DNA of 64,000 nt, taken from assembly GCA_965204885.1 (NCBI GenBank), contig OZ242019.1:1127327-1191326 (forward strand). Direction: 5' to 3'. Source of the DNA: Dehalococcoidia bacterium (GTDB lineage Bacteria > Chloroflexota > Dehalococcoidia > UBA6926). Shown here piece by piece: positions 1 through 8,882 of the stretch (position 1 is the stretch's first letter; the number at the start of each line of letters is the position of its first letter). The notes under the pieces are model-generated. The model did no database searches and had not been told where the DNA came from. It was given only the letters and a program-made list of their open reading frames with translations. The translations under genes and the position numbers were made by a program.

Positions 1-525
1 GAACACACCGATCTTCAAGACGAGGCGGAAGAGACCGTCCGCAGATACGCCGAGGCGCAGGAGCAGGAAACGCTTGCCTCCCCGCCTGACTTCGGCGATG
101 TGGCTTCCGTCCTGGACTTCGTTGAGAATCGCTGGCCGAACGAGTTGAAGCTTGCGCTGAATAACAACTCGGACCACAAGCTGTATTTCGATCATCCGAA
201 CCAGGTGTACTGCGCGCTGGAGTGGCTGGCAACCACATACCGCAATTCCAGGACGGGTGAAAAGCCCGTGAGCAACCTGGATGTCTCGCTGTTCACCACG
301 TGCGGCTGGCGGTACCGCCCGTTCCACTCCGACGCCGTGCCCGGCAAGTACCGCTCCGATTACCAGACCACCGATGGCGAGAGCAAGTACGTTCTGGACG
401 AGCATATCGGCCGGGGCACCGGACGCACACCGGGGCAGATTCGCGTCGCCTTCGCCTGGGACGAGGAGCGCGGGATGGTGGTTGTCGGCTACATCGGCCG
501 CCACCAGCGCCCCAACGCCACCTAG
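1..525 (+). CDS. hypothetical protein (5' end outside window)
   Basis: Open frame runs from base 1 with no stop; the ORF track starts at the first Met (100). No recognisable motif. Confidence 0.45.
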   Translation, partial: EHTDLQDEAEETVRRYAEAQEQETLASPPDFGDVASVLDFVENRWPNELKLALNNNSDHKLYFDHPNQVYCALEWLATTYRNSRTGEKPVSNLDVSLFTTCGWRYRPFHSDAVPGKYRSDYQTTDGESKYVLDEHIGRGTGRTPGQIRVAFAWDEERGMVVVGYIGRHQRPNAT

Positions 526-557
526 CAGGAAACCACTTCCTTGGACAGAGGATGAGC

Positions 558-599
558 ACCTCGGGGGCGGCCCACGGCCGCCCCCGAGTTTCTTTTTGG
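558..599 (+). terminator. Rho-independent terminator
   Basis: GC stem ctcgggggcggcc / ggccgcccccgag followed by tttctttttgg, directly after the stop at 525. Confidence 0.55.
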
Positions 600-790
600 T
601 TTACAAGCCAGAAAGCACCGACTCAAGAGATCGAGTGATTGAAGGATTGTGCGAACTTCACGAAAGCTTGCGGCGCGGTCATGGCGGGTTTACCATAAGC
701 CGTCACCTTTAGTGTGGGTTAGGTGACAGACGCGGCGCGTCGAGGTGCGGCCGCGCATGGTGTGATGATCTGGGGAGAGGGGATGAGATC

Positions 791-1921
791 ATGGATCGGT
801 TGAAGTCACCGCTGACGGATATGCTTGGAATCAAGTACCCGATTCTGCTTGCCGGCATGTCGCTTGGCATGGATGACCGGATGCCCAGCCCGCCCCGGCT
901 CGCCGCCGCGGTCACGGAGGCAGGTGGTCTGGGCGTCATGGGATGCGGCAGCCGCAAGCCGGACACGATTGACCGATGTATCCGTGAATTCAAGCAGCTT
1001 TCCAGCGGCCCATTGGGCATCGACCTCCTGCTGCCCGCCACCATGGCGGAGATGGGCGCGCAGGACACCAAGGCGATGGTGCGGGAGCGGCTGGAACGCG
1101 ACCATCAGCTGCACGTCGGCTTCATCAAGGAGTTGATGCAGGAGCATAACCTGCCGGATGTGCCTCCTGCGGACGATGACGCAGAGGCGATGTCGCCGGA
1201 TTTGCTGCGACGCCAATTCGAGGTCGTCGCCGACCACAATGTTCCGATCTTCGTCGCCGGTTTGGGCGATCCCGCCATGATCATGGACGTGGCGCGGGCG
1301 CACGGCATGAAGGTGGGCGGCGTCGTTGGCGCAGTCCGCCACGCTCAGCGGCAGAAGGCCGCAGGCGTCGATTTCATGATTGCGCAGGGCACGGAGGCCG
1401 GCGGACACACGGGCAATATCGCCACGTTCCCGCTCGTGCCACAGGTTGCGGAAGTCGCCGCGCCAACGCCTATCCTGGCGGCAGGGGGCGTGGGTTCCGG
1501 CAGGCAGATCGCGGCAGCGATGGCCCTTGGCGCGCAGGGTGTGTGGATCGGGTCCGCTTTCCTCGTCGCGGAAGAGAACGCTATTCCAACGGAACACCAG
1601 GATCAGATTCTCGGCGCGCGATCCGAGGACTTCACGCTGACTCGCTACAACTCCGGCAAGCAGTCCCGCAGCTACAAGACTCCTGTCAAGGAGGCGTGGG
1701 CCGCATCCGGGATCGAGCCTCTGCCGATGCCGCTGCAGGGCATCCTGATGGAGCCGCTTTACGCGGGTGCCCGCGCGGCTGGCCGCCTCGACATCGACGC
1801 GGCGAGTGCCGGGCAGGTTGGCGGAATGCTCAAGGCGCGCCGACCCGCACGCGAGATTCTCCTTGATATGGTCAATGAGGCTGAGGAGACCATCGAGCGG
1901 ATGCAGGGCAATCTGCGATAA
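791..1921 (+). CDS. nitronate monooxygenase / 2-nitropropane dioxygenase family (NMO) protein
   Basis: YPILLAGM...GTEAGGHTG...AAGG(V/I)G motifs typical of FMN-dependent NMO (enoyl-ACP reductase II-like). Confidence 0.8.
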   Translation: MDRLKSPLTDMLGIKYPILLAGMSLGMDDRMPSPPRLAAAVTEAGGLGVMGCGSRKPDTIDRCIREFKQLSSGPLGIDLLLPATMAEMGAQDTKAMVRERLERDHQLHVGFIKELMQEHNLPDVPPADDDAEAMSPDLLRRQFEVVADHNVPIFVAGLGDPAMIMDVARAHGMKVGGVVGAVRHAQRQKAAGVDFMIAQGTEAGGHTGNIATFPLVPQVAEVAAPTPILAAGGVGSGRQIAAAMALGAQGVWIGSAFLVAEENAIPTEHQDQILGARSEDFTLTRYNSGKQSRSYKTPVKEAWAASGIEPLPMPLQGILMEPLYAGARAAGRLDIDAASAGQVGGMLKARRPAREILLDMVNEAEETIERMQGNLR

Positions 1922-2019
1922 CGAGATTTTTTGGAGACCGTTCACATCAAGCGAGATAATGACCAAGTTGACTAGTTCAAGACAGTGAGACTGAAAAGAA
2001 AGGGATAGGGGAGGACACA

Positions 2020-3153
2020 ATGGCAAACAGGTTACATACACCGCTGTGCGACATGCTCGGCATGGAATACCCGATACTCCTGGCGGGCATGGCCGTGGGC
2101 GGCAGCCAGGATCTTGCGCCAACTCCCGTCGAGATGGTCGCCGCGATCAGCAACGCGGGGGCGCTCGGCGTGCTCGGCGACAATTTCCGCAATTTGGATG
2201 AGATGGACGAGGGCATCCGGCGACTTCAGTCGCTCGTGGGCGACAAGCCGTACGGCGTGGACTTCCTCGTCCCCGCCACCCGCGCCGAAGTGACCGCCAC
2301 GAGCAACAGGGAACTGTATGCGCAGGTTGCGCCGCAGTACCCGCAGCATGTCGCGCTCGTGCAGGAACTCATCGAGGAATACGGGTTCGAGGCTGAGGAA
2401 GTCTCGGAGCAGCCGCCGATGTCCACTGAGCTGCTGCGCAAGAAGATCGAGATTGTGCTGGACAACAAGGTGCCGCTGTTCGCGGCGGCGACGGGCGAGC
2501 CGCCGGAGTGGTTCACCCAGCAGGGCCATGCGCAGGGCATGAAGTTCATCGGCATGACCGGCGCGGTGCGCCACGCACAGCGCCAGGTGGCCGCGGATGT
2601 GGACATCATCACGGCGCAGGGCACGGAGGCGGGCGGTCATACGGGCAACATCTCAACGTTCGTGCTCGTTCCGCAGATCGTCGATGAGGTCTCGCCGCGA
2701 CCGGTTCTTGCCGCGGGAGGCATCGGCACCGGTCGTCATGTTGCCGCGGCGCTCGCGCTCGGCGCGCAGGGGGTGTGGGTCGGCACGGCGTTCCTGGTGG
2801 CGGAGGAGAACAACATCCCCGACGCGCACAAGGACCAGATTCTCGGCGCACGCTCCGATGAGTTCACGACGAGCAAGTTCTCGTCCGGCAAGCAGCAGCG
2901 GGCGTATCAGAACGCCGTGAAGCTGAAGTGGGCGGCCTCCGGTTTGGAGGCGCTGCCGATGCCGTTGCAGGGCCTGATCCAGGAGCCGTTCACGAAAGCG
3001 GCGCGCAAGGCGGGCAGGCTTGATCTGATCGGCAACCCGTCCGGCCAGATCGGCGGGATGCTCAAGGAGCGCAAGCCGGCTCGGACGATCCTCATGGACA
3101 TGGTCAACCAGGCAGAGGAGACCATCGAGCAACTGCAGGGGAACCTGCGGTAG
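2020..3153 (+). CDS. nitronate monooxygenase family protein (tandem paralog)
   Basis: Same architecture and motifs as the upstream gene (GTEAGGHTGN, LAAGGIGTGR); roughly 50% identity by eye. Confidence 0.8.
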   Translation: MANRLHTPLCDMLGMEYPILLAGMAVGGSQDLAPTPVEMVAAISNAGALGVLGDNFRNLDEMDEGIRRLQSLVGDKPYGVDFLVPATRAEVTATSNRELYAQVAPQYPQHVALVQELIEEYGFEAEEVSEQPPMSTELLRKKIEIVLDNKVPLFAAATGEPPEWFTQQGHAQGMKFIGMTGAVRHAQRQVAADVDIITAQGTEAGGHTGNISTFVLVPQIVDEVSPRPVLAAGGIGTGRHVAAALALGAQGVWVGTAFLVAEENNIPDAHKDQILGARSDEFTTSKFSSGKQQRAYQNAVKLKWAASGLEALPMPLQGLIQEPFTKAARKAGRLDLIGNPSGQIGGMLKERKPARTILMDMVNQAEETIEQLQGNLR

Positions 3154-3177
3154 ATACCGGTTCGATTCCGACTTGGA

Positions 3178-3226
3178 AGAAAGCCCCCGCCACGCTCAGG
3201 CGCGGCGGGGGGCTTTCTTATTTTGC
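3178..3226 (+). terminator. Rho-independent terminator
   Basis: aaagcccccgcc...ggcggggggcttt stem followed by cttatttt, 25 nt after the stop. Confidence 0.5.
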
Positions 3227-3314
3227 GAGTCGTGCCTCTTTGGCTAGAGCTTGACAGGCTCCCAGTTTTGAAGATAATAAGTGTACAGAGTAACAGTGTA
3301 AGGAGGCTGGAGTT

Positions 3315-4013
3315 ATGGTACCGGTTGTGAGGATAAGCGAGGAGTCTTATGAGCGGCTTAAGAGTTGGGCGGAACCGCTTGAAGACACGGCAGAGGATGC
3401 GCTACGCAAGGTTTTGGACGCTGCTGACCAGCAACGGACTGGGCAAGAGCACCAGGAAGATGTCGTCCATGATGTGTTGGTCGCGTACGCTCCCGAAGTG
3501 AAAGCGGTCGCTGATGTCAAAACGGAAAGCAATTCGAATCCGGCTGCAATTACACCTGACAATTCGGCTGGAACCGCCGGACGGATGTATGTGTCCTTGC
3601 CGGATGAATTCAAATCTCTGGCTAAGGGTCAAGGTAGAATGAGGGGCCGGATTGCTCGCAAAGCCTATCTCGAGAGAATCGGCGTGCCGGCTATTCGGCC
3701 AGGTCAGTGGGTGCGAACCACGAATGGGCAGATGCAATATCTTGGCTATTCATCACAGAACAGCCCCGACAACTGGTTTTTTGGAGCGGACGAAGATCTG
3801 GTAGAAAGGTACCTCGCGGATAACACCCTAGCGGCCTTTGTATTCCTGTGTGGCCTGTCGGAAGACATGATTATTGCTGTACCTTTGGGTATCTCTCAGT
3901 TAGAGCAATTAATCCAGTTGGGGATCTTTTCCAAGAGCGGTGGTCAACTCAAGTTCAATATTCGTAGAGAAGCTGGCGATGTCTTCTACTTGGATGGAAG
4001 GCTGATTGAATAA
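3315..4013 (+). CDS. hypothetical protein with N-terminal ribbon-helix-helix-like segment
   Basis: Good SD (taaggaggctggagttATG); N-terminus VVRISEESYERLKSWAEPL-EDTAEDALRKVL resembles a beta-alpha-alpha RHH/Arc fold; C-terminal ~150 aa unrecognised; AT-richer than flanks. Confidence 0.5.
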   Translation: MVPVVRISEESYERLKSWAEPLEDTAEDALRKVLDAADQQRTGQEHQEDVVHDVLVAYAPEVKAVADVKTESNSNPAAITPDNSAGTAGRMYVSLPDEFKSLAKGQGRMRGRIARKAYLERIGVPAIRPGQWVRTTNGQMQYLGYSSQNSPDNWFFGADEDLVERYLADNTLAAFVFLCGLSEDMIIAVPLGISQLEQLIQLGIFSKSGGQLKFNIRREAGDVFYLDGRLIE

Positions 4014-4093
4014 TGGACGTTCTGCACCAACTCAATTGGATTGCTTTCCAGTGTTAGCCCCAACGGTTTGGTGAGGTTCGAAAAGGAGACTAA

Positions 4094-4411
4094 GTGACTA
4101 ATACTCAGCATGCTGAGCGTGTCCGGCAATCGCCGAGGCTTTCTGTCCATGCCTTGCGACGCTGCCAGCAAAGAGGAATCTCACAAGAGGTCGTGCTGTT
4201 GCTCGTGAAATATGGTGCGAAACACCGAAGCGGGGACGCCTACAGTTACAACGCTACGTCAAGAACCCATCAGCTTGCGCGTGCAGAGATCGGGCCTGAC
4301 CAACACGCCAGAATTTCAAGAGCCCTAAGTCAGTGCTACGTCATAGTCTCGTCTGACGGTTCAGTTGTGGAGACGGCCGCATGGCGTGAGCGTCATTGGA
4401 GGCGACGCTAA
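4094..4411 (+). CDS. DUF4258 domain-containing protein (putative toxin-like small protein)
   Basis: LSVHALRRCQQRGISQEVVLLLVKYG matches the DUF4258 signature region; SD aaaaggagactaagtg upstream. Confidence 0.55.
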   Translation: MTNTQHAERVRQSPRLSVHALRRCQQRGISQEVVLLLVKYGAKHRSGDAYSYNATSRTHQLARAEIGPDQHARISRALSQCYVIVSSDGSVVETAAWRERHWRRR

Positions 4412-4531
4412 CTGGCGATTGCGCCTCGTTGCCAAGTCGTTGTCAGAGGCGAAATGGCCCGGTGTCGTGTCTTAGGCGCTCGTTTGGAACGTCGACGACT
4501 AGCTCCAACTGTTACGGGTTTACAGCTCGTC

Positions 4532-5047
4532 CTACATCCGCTCTAGGCCGAGGGTGATTTTTTCGCGGGGGGTGAGGTCTGTTGAGGCGTCGTTGGGGGT
4601 GCGCGGCGGGGCGCCGGCAGGGATGCCCGACGATTCCGATGGATTCCGGCTGTCGCCGGAATGAGGGGAGGGGGTGGACTCCATTCCTTCCAAAAGACGA
4701 TTTCGCACCTGCTCGACGACGCCCTTTGCCTTTGCCAGCGAGGATTCCAGTTCCTCCGCTGTTGCTCCACTCACCAGGTCGCCGGGCACCTCGGGCGCGG
4801 CGTCCAACAATGCGAGTCGGTAACGTGAGACCGTCGTCGAGAGTTCTCGCTCCAGCGTGATTATGTGCTCTTCAAGAGATGCAACACGCTCGTCACGCTC
4901 TGCCAGTTCTGCCTGCATTGTCTCGGTGGTTGGCTGCTCATTTGCCGGTGTCTCATCGCCGATCTCGACGTTGTCGGTATCCTCAACGGCTGTGGCCTGT
5001 TCGTGCTCTTCGGCGGCGGCGTTTGTCTCATGGTCATGCGTCGTCAT
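4532..5047 (-). CDS. hypothetical acidic protein
   Basis: ORF on minus strand; start taken at MTTHDHET (SD ggggga 7 nt upstream); Glu/Asp-rich N-terminus and a predicted coiled coil; no known domain. Confidence 0.4.
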   Translation of the reverse strand: MTTHDHETNAAAEEHEQATAVEDTDNVEIGDETPANEQPTTETMQAELAERDERVASLEEHIITLERELSTTVSRYRLALLDAAPEVPGDLVSGATAEELESSLAKAKGVVEQVRNRLLEGMESTPSPHSGDSRNPSESSGIPAGAPPRTPNDASTDLTPREKITLGLERM

Positions 5048-5139
5048 TACAGGTTCCCCCATTCGGTCTTGTGATTGGTGTCCGTTGGGGTTGTAGCGCG
5101 TATGGGACGCATGGCGCAAATGGATGTGGCACATGGCTC

Positions 5140-5215
5140 ACCCTTCGACAGGCTCAGGGTGACCGGAGGTGGAGGGGCTCAGGGTTCTGGATTCCCGCGA
5201 AAGCGGGAATGACGT
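5140..5215. repeat. dispersed repeat family copy (module cccttcgacaggctcagggtga + hairpin attcccgcgaaagcgggaatgac)
   Basis: The same motifs recur at 44862-44890 and 47272-47400; related hairpin at 37839-37943. Confidence 0.55.
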
Positions 5216-5222
5216 AACTGAT

Positions 5223-5951
5223 CTAGGGCGAGACGGGGAAGGAGGTGACGGTGATGGAGCGTTCGCCGTCCGGGTCTGAGAGCTCTACGATGGAGGACAG
5301 GCCCACCCACGTTGGAGAGCCGGGGTAGTAGGCGACCACATCGCCCTCGCTGATGTTCATGTGCGCGTCCCAGTGGCCCAGCGCGACATAGTCGCGCCCA
5401 CAGGCGGCGATCTCCTCCGGGAAGATGGGGTATGAACGGCCGGCGTCTGCCTGGTCTCGAACATAGTGGCCGTGCCCGATGGCGATCTGCCACGGCTCCG
5501 GCCCGGGCGGGGGCGGCTCCTTGAGCGGGTAGAGCGAGACGTCGTCGTAGCTGATGTGCGGCTTGCCCCATACGGCGAGGCCGAGTTCAGGGTATGTGAC
5601 GGTTTCGCCCTCGGGGTCCTTGATCAGGTAGACATTGGGCGTGCGGCCCTCAAGGTCCATGCGCCAGTAGACGGAGTTGTTCTCGAGCGGATCGTGATTG
5701 CCGGGCAGGATGACCGTCGGCATCGGCAGGCGTTCCAACTGCTCCATCACATAGTCGGCCACGTCCGCCCGGATGCGGTTGTGGTCGAAGAAATCACCCG
5801 CGATGAGGACGGCGTCCACCTTCTCCTCAAGGGCGCGATCCACCACGATCTTGAACGCGTGCAGGCATTTGCGCGGCTGCGGCGACCACCGTTCCGTGAA
5901 CGCGCCGATATGCACGTCAGATGTATGGAGAATCCGTATATCTCTGGACAT
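5223..5951 (-). CDS. metallophosphoesterase (calcineurin-like phosphoesterase)
   Basis: LHTSDVHIG...GDFFDH...GNHD...GHGH motifs. Confidence 0.75.
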   Translation of the reverse strand: MSRDIRILHTSDVHIGAFTERWSPQPRKCLHAFKIVVDRALEEKVDAVLIAGDFFDHNRIRADVADYVMEQLERLPMPTVILPGNHDPLENNSVYWRMDLEGRTPNVYLIKDPEGETVTYPELGLAVWGKPHISYDDVSLYPLKEPPPPGPEPWQIAIGHGHYVRDQADAGRSYPIFPEEIAACGRDYVALGHWDAHMNISEGDVVAYYPGSPTWVGLSSIVELSDPDGERSITVTSFPVSP

Positions 5952-6000
5952 CTTTTGTCGGCGTGAAGGCGTTAGTGTTCGGTCTGATTATCGTTTGAGT

Positions 6001-6087
6001 GGTGCCGGGGGAGGGACTCGAACCCACACTCCTTTTTGGGGAAGCGGATTTTAAGTCCGCCGCGTCTGCCATTCCGCCACCCCGGCA
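6001..6087 (-). tRNA. tRNA-Leu (anticodon TAA)
   Basis: Reverse complement gives GCCGGGG acceptor, anticodon loop CTTAAAA, long variable arm, GGTTCGAGTCC T-arm, CCA encoded. Confidence 0.85.
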
Positions 6088-6155
6088 CGTGATTCTGCTC
6101 ACATAACCGGGGAGTCCCGTCGGTGTAGTTGTCCATCCCTGTCACCGTGGGCGAC

Positions 6156-6419
6156 TCAGGCAGCCTGCGCCCTGTTCAACAGGCGGACGAGGCGGCTCTT
6201 GCGCCGATCTGCGTTCCTGCCGTGCAGCGTCTTGCCCTTCGCGCGGTCCAGGGCGACCATGGCGCGGCGCACGGTGTCCGGCGCATCCTGCGCTCCGTCC
6301 TCGATGGACTCACGCGCGCGGCGGATCAGCGTCCTGATTGTTCGATTCCGGTGGCGATTCACGTCGCGCTTCCTGAGAGAGCGCCTATGCGCCTTCGCCG
6401 CCGAGATTCCCTTTGCCAC
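6156..6419 (-). CDS. rpsT: 30S ribosomal protein S20
   Basis: 87 aa basic protein MAKGISAAKAHRRSLRKRDVNRHRNRTIRTLIRRA, typical of S20. Confidence 0.85.
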   Translation of the reverse strand: MAKGISAAKAHRRSLRKRDVNRHRNRTIRTLIRRARESIEDGAQDAPDTVRRAMVALDRAKGKTLHGRNADRRKSRLVRLLNRAQAA

Positions 6420-6448
6420 GTCCTGCTACTCCTCTGTATCCCTTGCTC

Positions 6449-8797
6449 TTACTTCTTGTCTTTTGACTGCTCTTTTGCCGTACCGCTAGCGCGAGCGGCT
6501 TTTCCGCTTTGCTGTCCGGCGCTGCGGCCGCGAGCGATGTGAGTCGATGTCCGATACACGTTGAAGACGCCCGGCAGATCCTCCAAACGGGATATCATCC
6601 GGCTGATTTCCGGAAGGCCGCTTGCCTCAACCGTGAGCGTTATCGTAACTGTGCCGTCCGCGTTGTGTCTATCTCGCACCCCTGTGATGTTGATGTGATC
6701 CGCCGAGACCAGCGTCGTAATATCCCGCAAGAGCCCCACACGATCCTGTGACGAAATAACGACACCGGACGGGTATTTCTGCTCGAAATCCGGCCAGGTC
6801 ACGTCCATGAGGCGCTCTGGCTCGTCCTCGTTCAGCATGTTCGTGCAGTTGCGCCGATGCACGGAAAGACCGCGATTACGGGTGATGAATCCGACGATCT
6901 CCTCGCCCGGCATCGGGCGGCAGCACGGGGCTGACCGCGCCGGCGTTGGGCCGAGTCCCTGCACGATGACCGAAAGCTCGCCACTGGACGGTCGAAGCTG
7001 GATCGTTTCCGGCTCTTCCTTTGGCGGCTGAAGCCGGACCGCAATCTGGTTGACGCCGACTTGTCCCGTTCCAAGCGCGAGGATGAATTCATCCGCCGTT
7101 TGGTAGCCGAAGAGCGTCGCCAAATGCTGCGGGTCAAGCTGCACGCCAAGCCGCCGCGCCTCCCGTTCCAGAAGCTGTCGGCCACGCGCCGTGCTTTCTG
7201 AACGCTCCTGAACACGGAACCAGTGGCGAATCTTGGATCGCGCCAACTCCGTGCGCACGTAGCCGAGATCCGGGTTCAGCCAGTCAAGGCTCGGCCCCTT
7301 TGGGCTCTTGGACGGGATGATCTCGACCGTGTCGCCGTTCTTGAGCGTGTAGCTCAACGAGACCATGCGGCCATTGACTTTCGCTCCGGCGGTTCCATAG
7401 CCGACATCCGTGTGAATGCGGAAGGCGAAGTCGATGGGTGTGGAGCCTGCCGGCAATTCTCGAATCTCGCCCCTTGGCGTGTAGACATAAACCTGGTCGA
7501 CAAGAATCTCGTGCTTCAGCTGGTCGACGAATTCCTGCGCGCCGATCACGTCACGCTGCCAGTCCAGAAGCTGCCGCAGCCACGCGATGCGCTCATCGAA
7601 CTCGCCGCCCGCCGCGCCCTCCTTGTAACGCCAGTGCGCCGCGATGCCGTATTCCGCCATCTCGTGCATGTCCGCGGTGCGTATCTGCACCTCCAGCATG
7701 TTGCCGTCCGGCGTCACCACCGTCGTGTGCAGCGATTGATAGCCGGTTTCGCGCGGGTTGGCGATGTAGTCGTCAAATTGGCCGGGCAGGGGGCGCCACA
7801 TGCCGTGGATGATGCCGAGCACGCCGTAGCAGTCCTGGACGTCCTTCACAACTACGCGGACGGCTTGCAGGTCATTGATGTCCTCAAAATCCCGCCCAAT
7901 CTCGCGGTAGCGCTCCATCTTCTGGGCGATGCTGTAGATGCTCTTTGTCCTGCCGGAAATCTCAATGTCTTTGTATCCCTGCGCCGTGAGCGTCTCCCGC
8001 AGAGCCGTCAGCGCCTCGCTGACTCCCGTCTCGAGCTCCGTCAGCCGCACGGCAACCAGGTCCGCAACACGTCGATGCCGCGCAGGCTCAAGGTGGATGA
8101 ACGCGAGGTCATTGAGTTCCGACTCGATGCTGTCGATTCCAAGCCGATGGGCGAGCGGGGCGTAGATATCCCGGGTTTCCAGGGCGATGCGGTGACGCCG
8201 ATCCGGCGCGAGGGCGTCAAGCGTCCGCATGTTGTGGAGGCGGTCGGCCAGCTTGATGAGGACGACGCGGACATCCTGCGCCATGGCGAGCAGCATCTTG
8301 CGGAGGCTCTCGGCCTGGTAAACGCTGGCCTGTGACGGGAAGGCGGCCGCCTCACCGCCTGTGCCCTGCTGCGGCTGCGCCGCGAGGCGAGACAGCTTCG
8401 TGACGCCGTCCACGAGTTCGGCGATCTCCGCGCCGAAACCCTTTCGCATCTCATCGAGCGTCATGGGCGAGTCTTCGACGACGTCATGCAGGAGCGCGGC
8501 CTGCAACGTTGGCGCGTCCAGCATTTCGATGTCCGTCAGGATGAGCGCGGTCTCAAGCGGGTGGCAGATATACGGGTCGCCGGACTTGCGGAACTGACCG
8601 TCGTGGGCGCGCTCAGCCGTATCAAACGCCTCACGGATGGCATCGATGCGCTCCGGCGGGAGCCGATGCGCCTTCAGGCGCGCTTCAAGCTCGTCGAACG
8701 CGACGCGCGCGAAACCAGCTCCTGCGCTGCCGTCGGTCGTCAGAGCCGGGGCATCCGCAGAGGCATCATCGTCTATAGCGGAATTCGCGCCAGTCAT
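6449..8797 (-). CDS. rel: bifunctional (p)ppGpp synthetase/hydrolase, RelA/SpoT family
   Basis: HD hydrolase motif (LLHDVVEDS), RelA_SpoT synthetase region, and TGS and ACT-like C-terminal regions; 782 aa. Confidence 0.9.
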   Translation of the reverse strand: MTGANSAIDDDASADAPALTTDGSAGAGFARVAFDELEARLKAHRLPPERIDAIREAFDTAERAHDGQFRKSGDPYICHPLETALILTDIEMLDAPTLQAALLHDVVEDSPMTLDEMRKGFGAEIAELVDGVTKLSRLAAQPQQGTGGEAAAFPSQASVYQAESLRKMLLAMAQDVRVVLIKLADRLHNMRTLDALAPDRRHRIALETRDIYAPLAHRLGIDSIESELNDLAFIHLEPARHRRVADLVAVRLTELETGVSEALTALRETLTAQGYKDIEISGRTKSIYSIAQKMERYREIGRDFEDINDLQAVRVVVKDVQDCYGVLGIIHGMWRPLPGQFDDYIANPRETGYQSLHTTVVTPDGNMLEVQIRTADMHEMAEYGIAAHWRYKEGAAGGEFDERIAWLRQLLDWQRDVIGAQEFVDQLKHEILVDQVYVYTPRGEIRELPAGSTPIDFAFRIHTDVGYGTAGAKVNGRMVSLSYTLKNGDTVEIIPSKSPKGPSLDWLNPDLGYVRTELARSKIRHWFRVQERSESTARGRQLLEREARRLGVQLDPQHLATLFGYQTADEFILALGTGQVGVNQIAVRLQPPKEEPETIQLRPSSGELSVIVQGLGPTPARSAPCCRPMPGEEIVGFITRNRGLSVHRRNCTNMLNEDEPERLMDVTWPDFEQKYPSGVVISSQDRVGLLRDITTLVSADHINITGVRDRHNADGTVTITLTVEASGLPEISRMISRLEDLPGVFNVYRTSTHIARGRSAGQQSGKAARASGTAKEQSKDKK

Positions 8798-8882
8798 TAT
8801 CGGTATAGTTTACCGCTTTATGGCTAGTTATCCGCTTAGGTGGGGGGAAGGAGAAAAGCGGCGTGCCTATGCAAAGGGCGGT

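Noticed and set aside
806-2122. Long antisense ORFs opposite real genes (for example 806-2122 -, 7223-8335 +, 11056-12060 +, 12358-13470 +, 15119-15949 +, 17600-18538 -, 24957-25922 +, 47244-48521 +, 52499-53374 +)
   Set aside because: In DNA this GC-rich, stop codons are rare on the antisense strand. These ORFs have Arg/Ala/Pro-rich junk composition and overlap well-supported genes.
3155-3175. T-loop-like 'ggttcgattcc' just after the NMO stop, considered as a tRNA remnant / att site
   Set aside because: No acceptor or anticodon context, and the orientation is wrong for the nearby tRNA-Leu; treated as coincidence.
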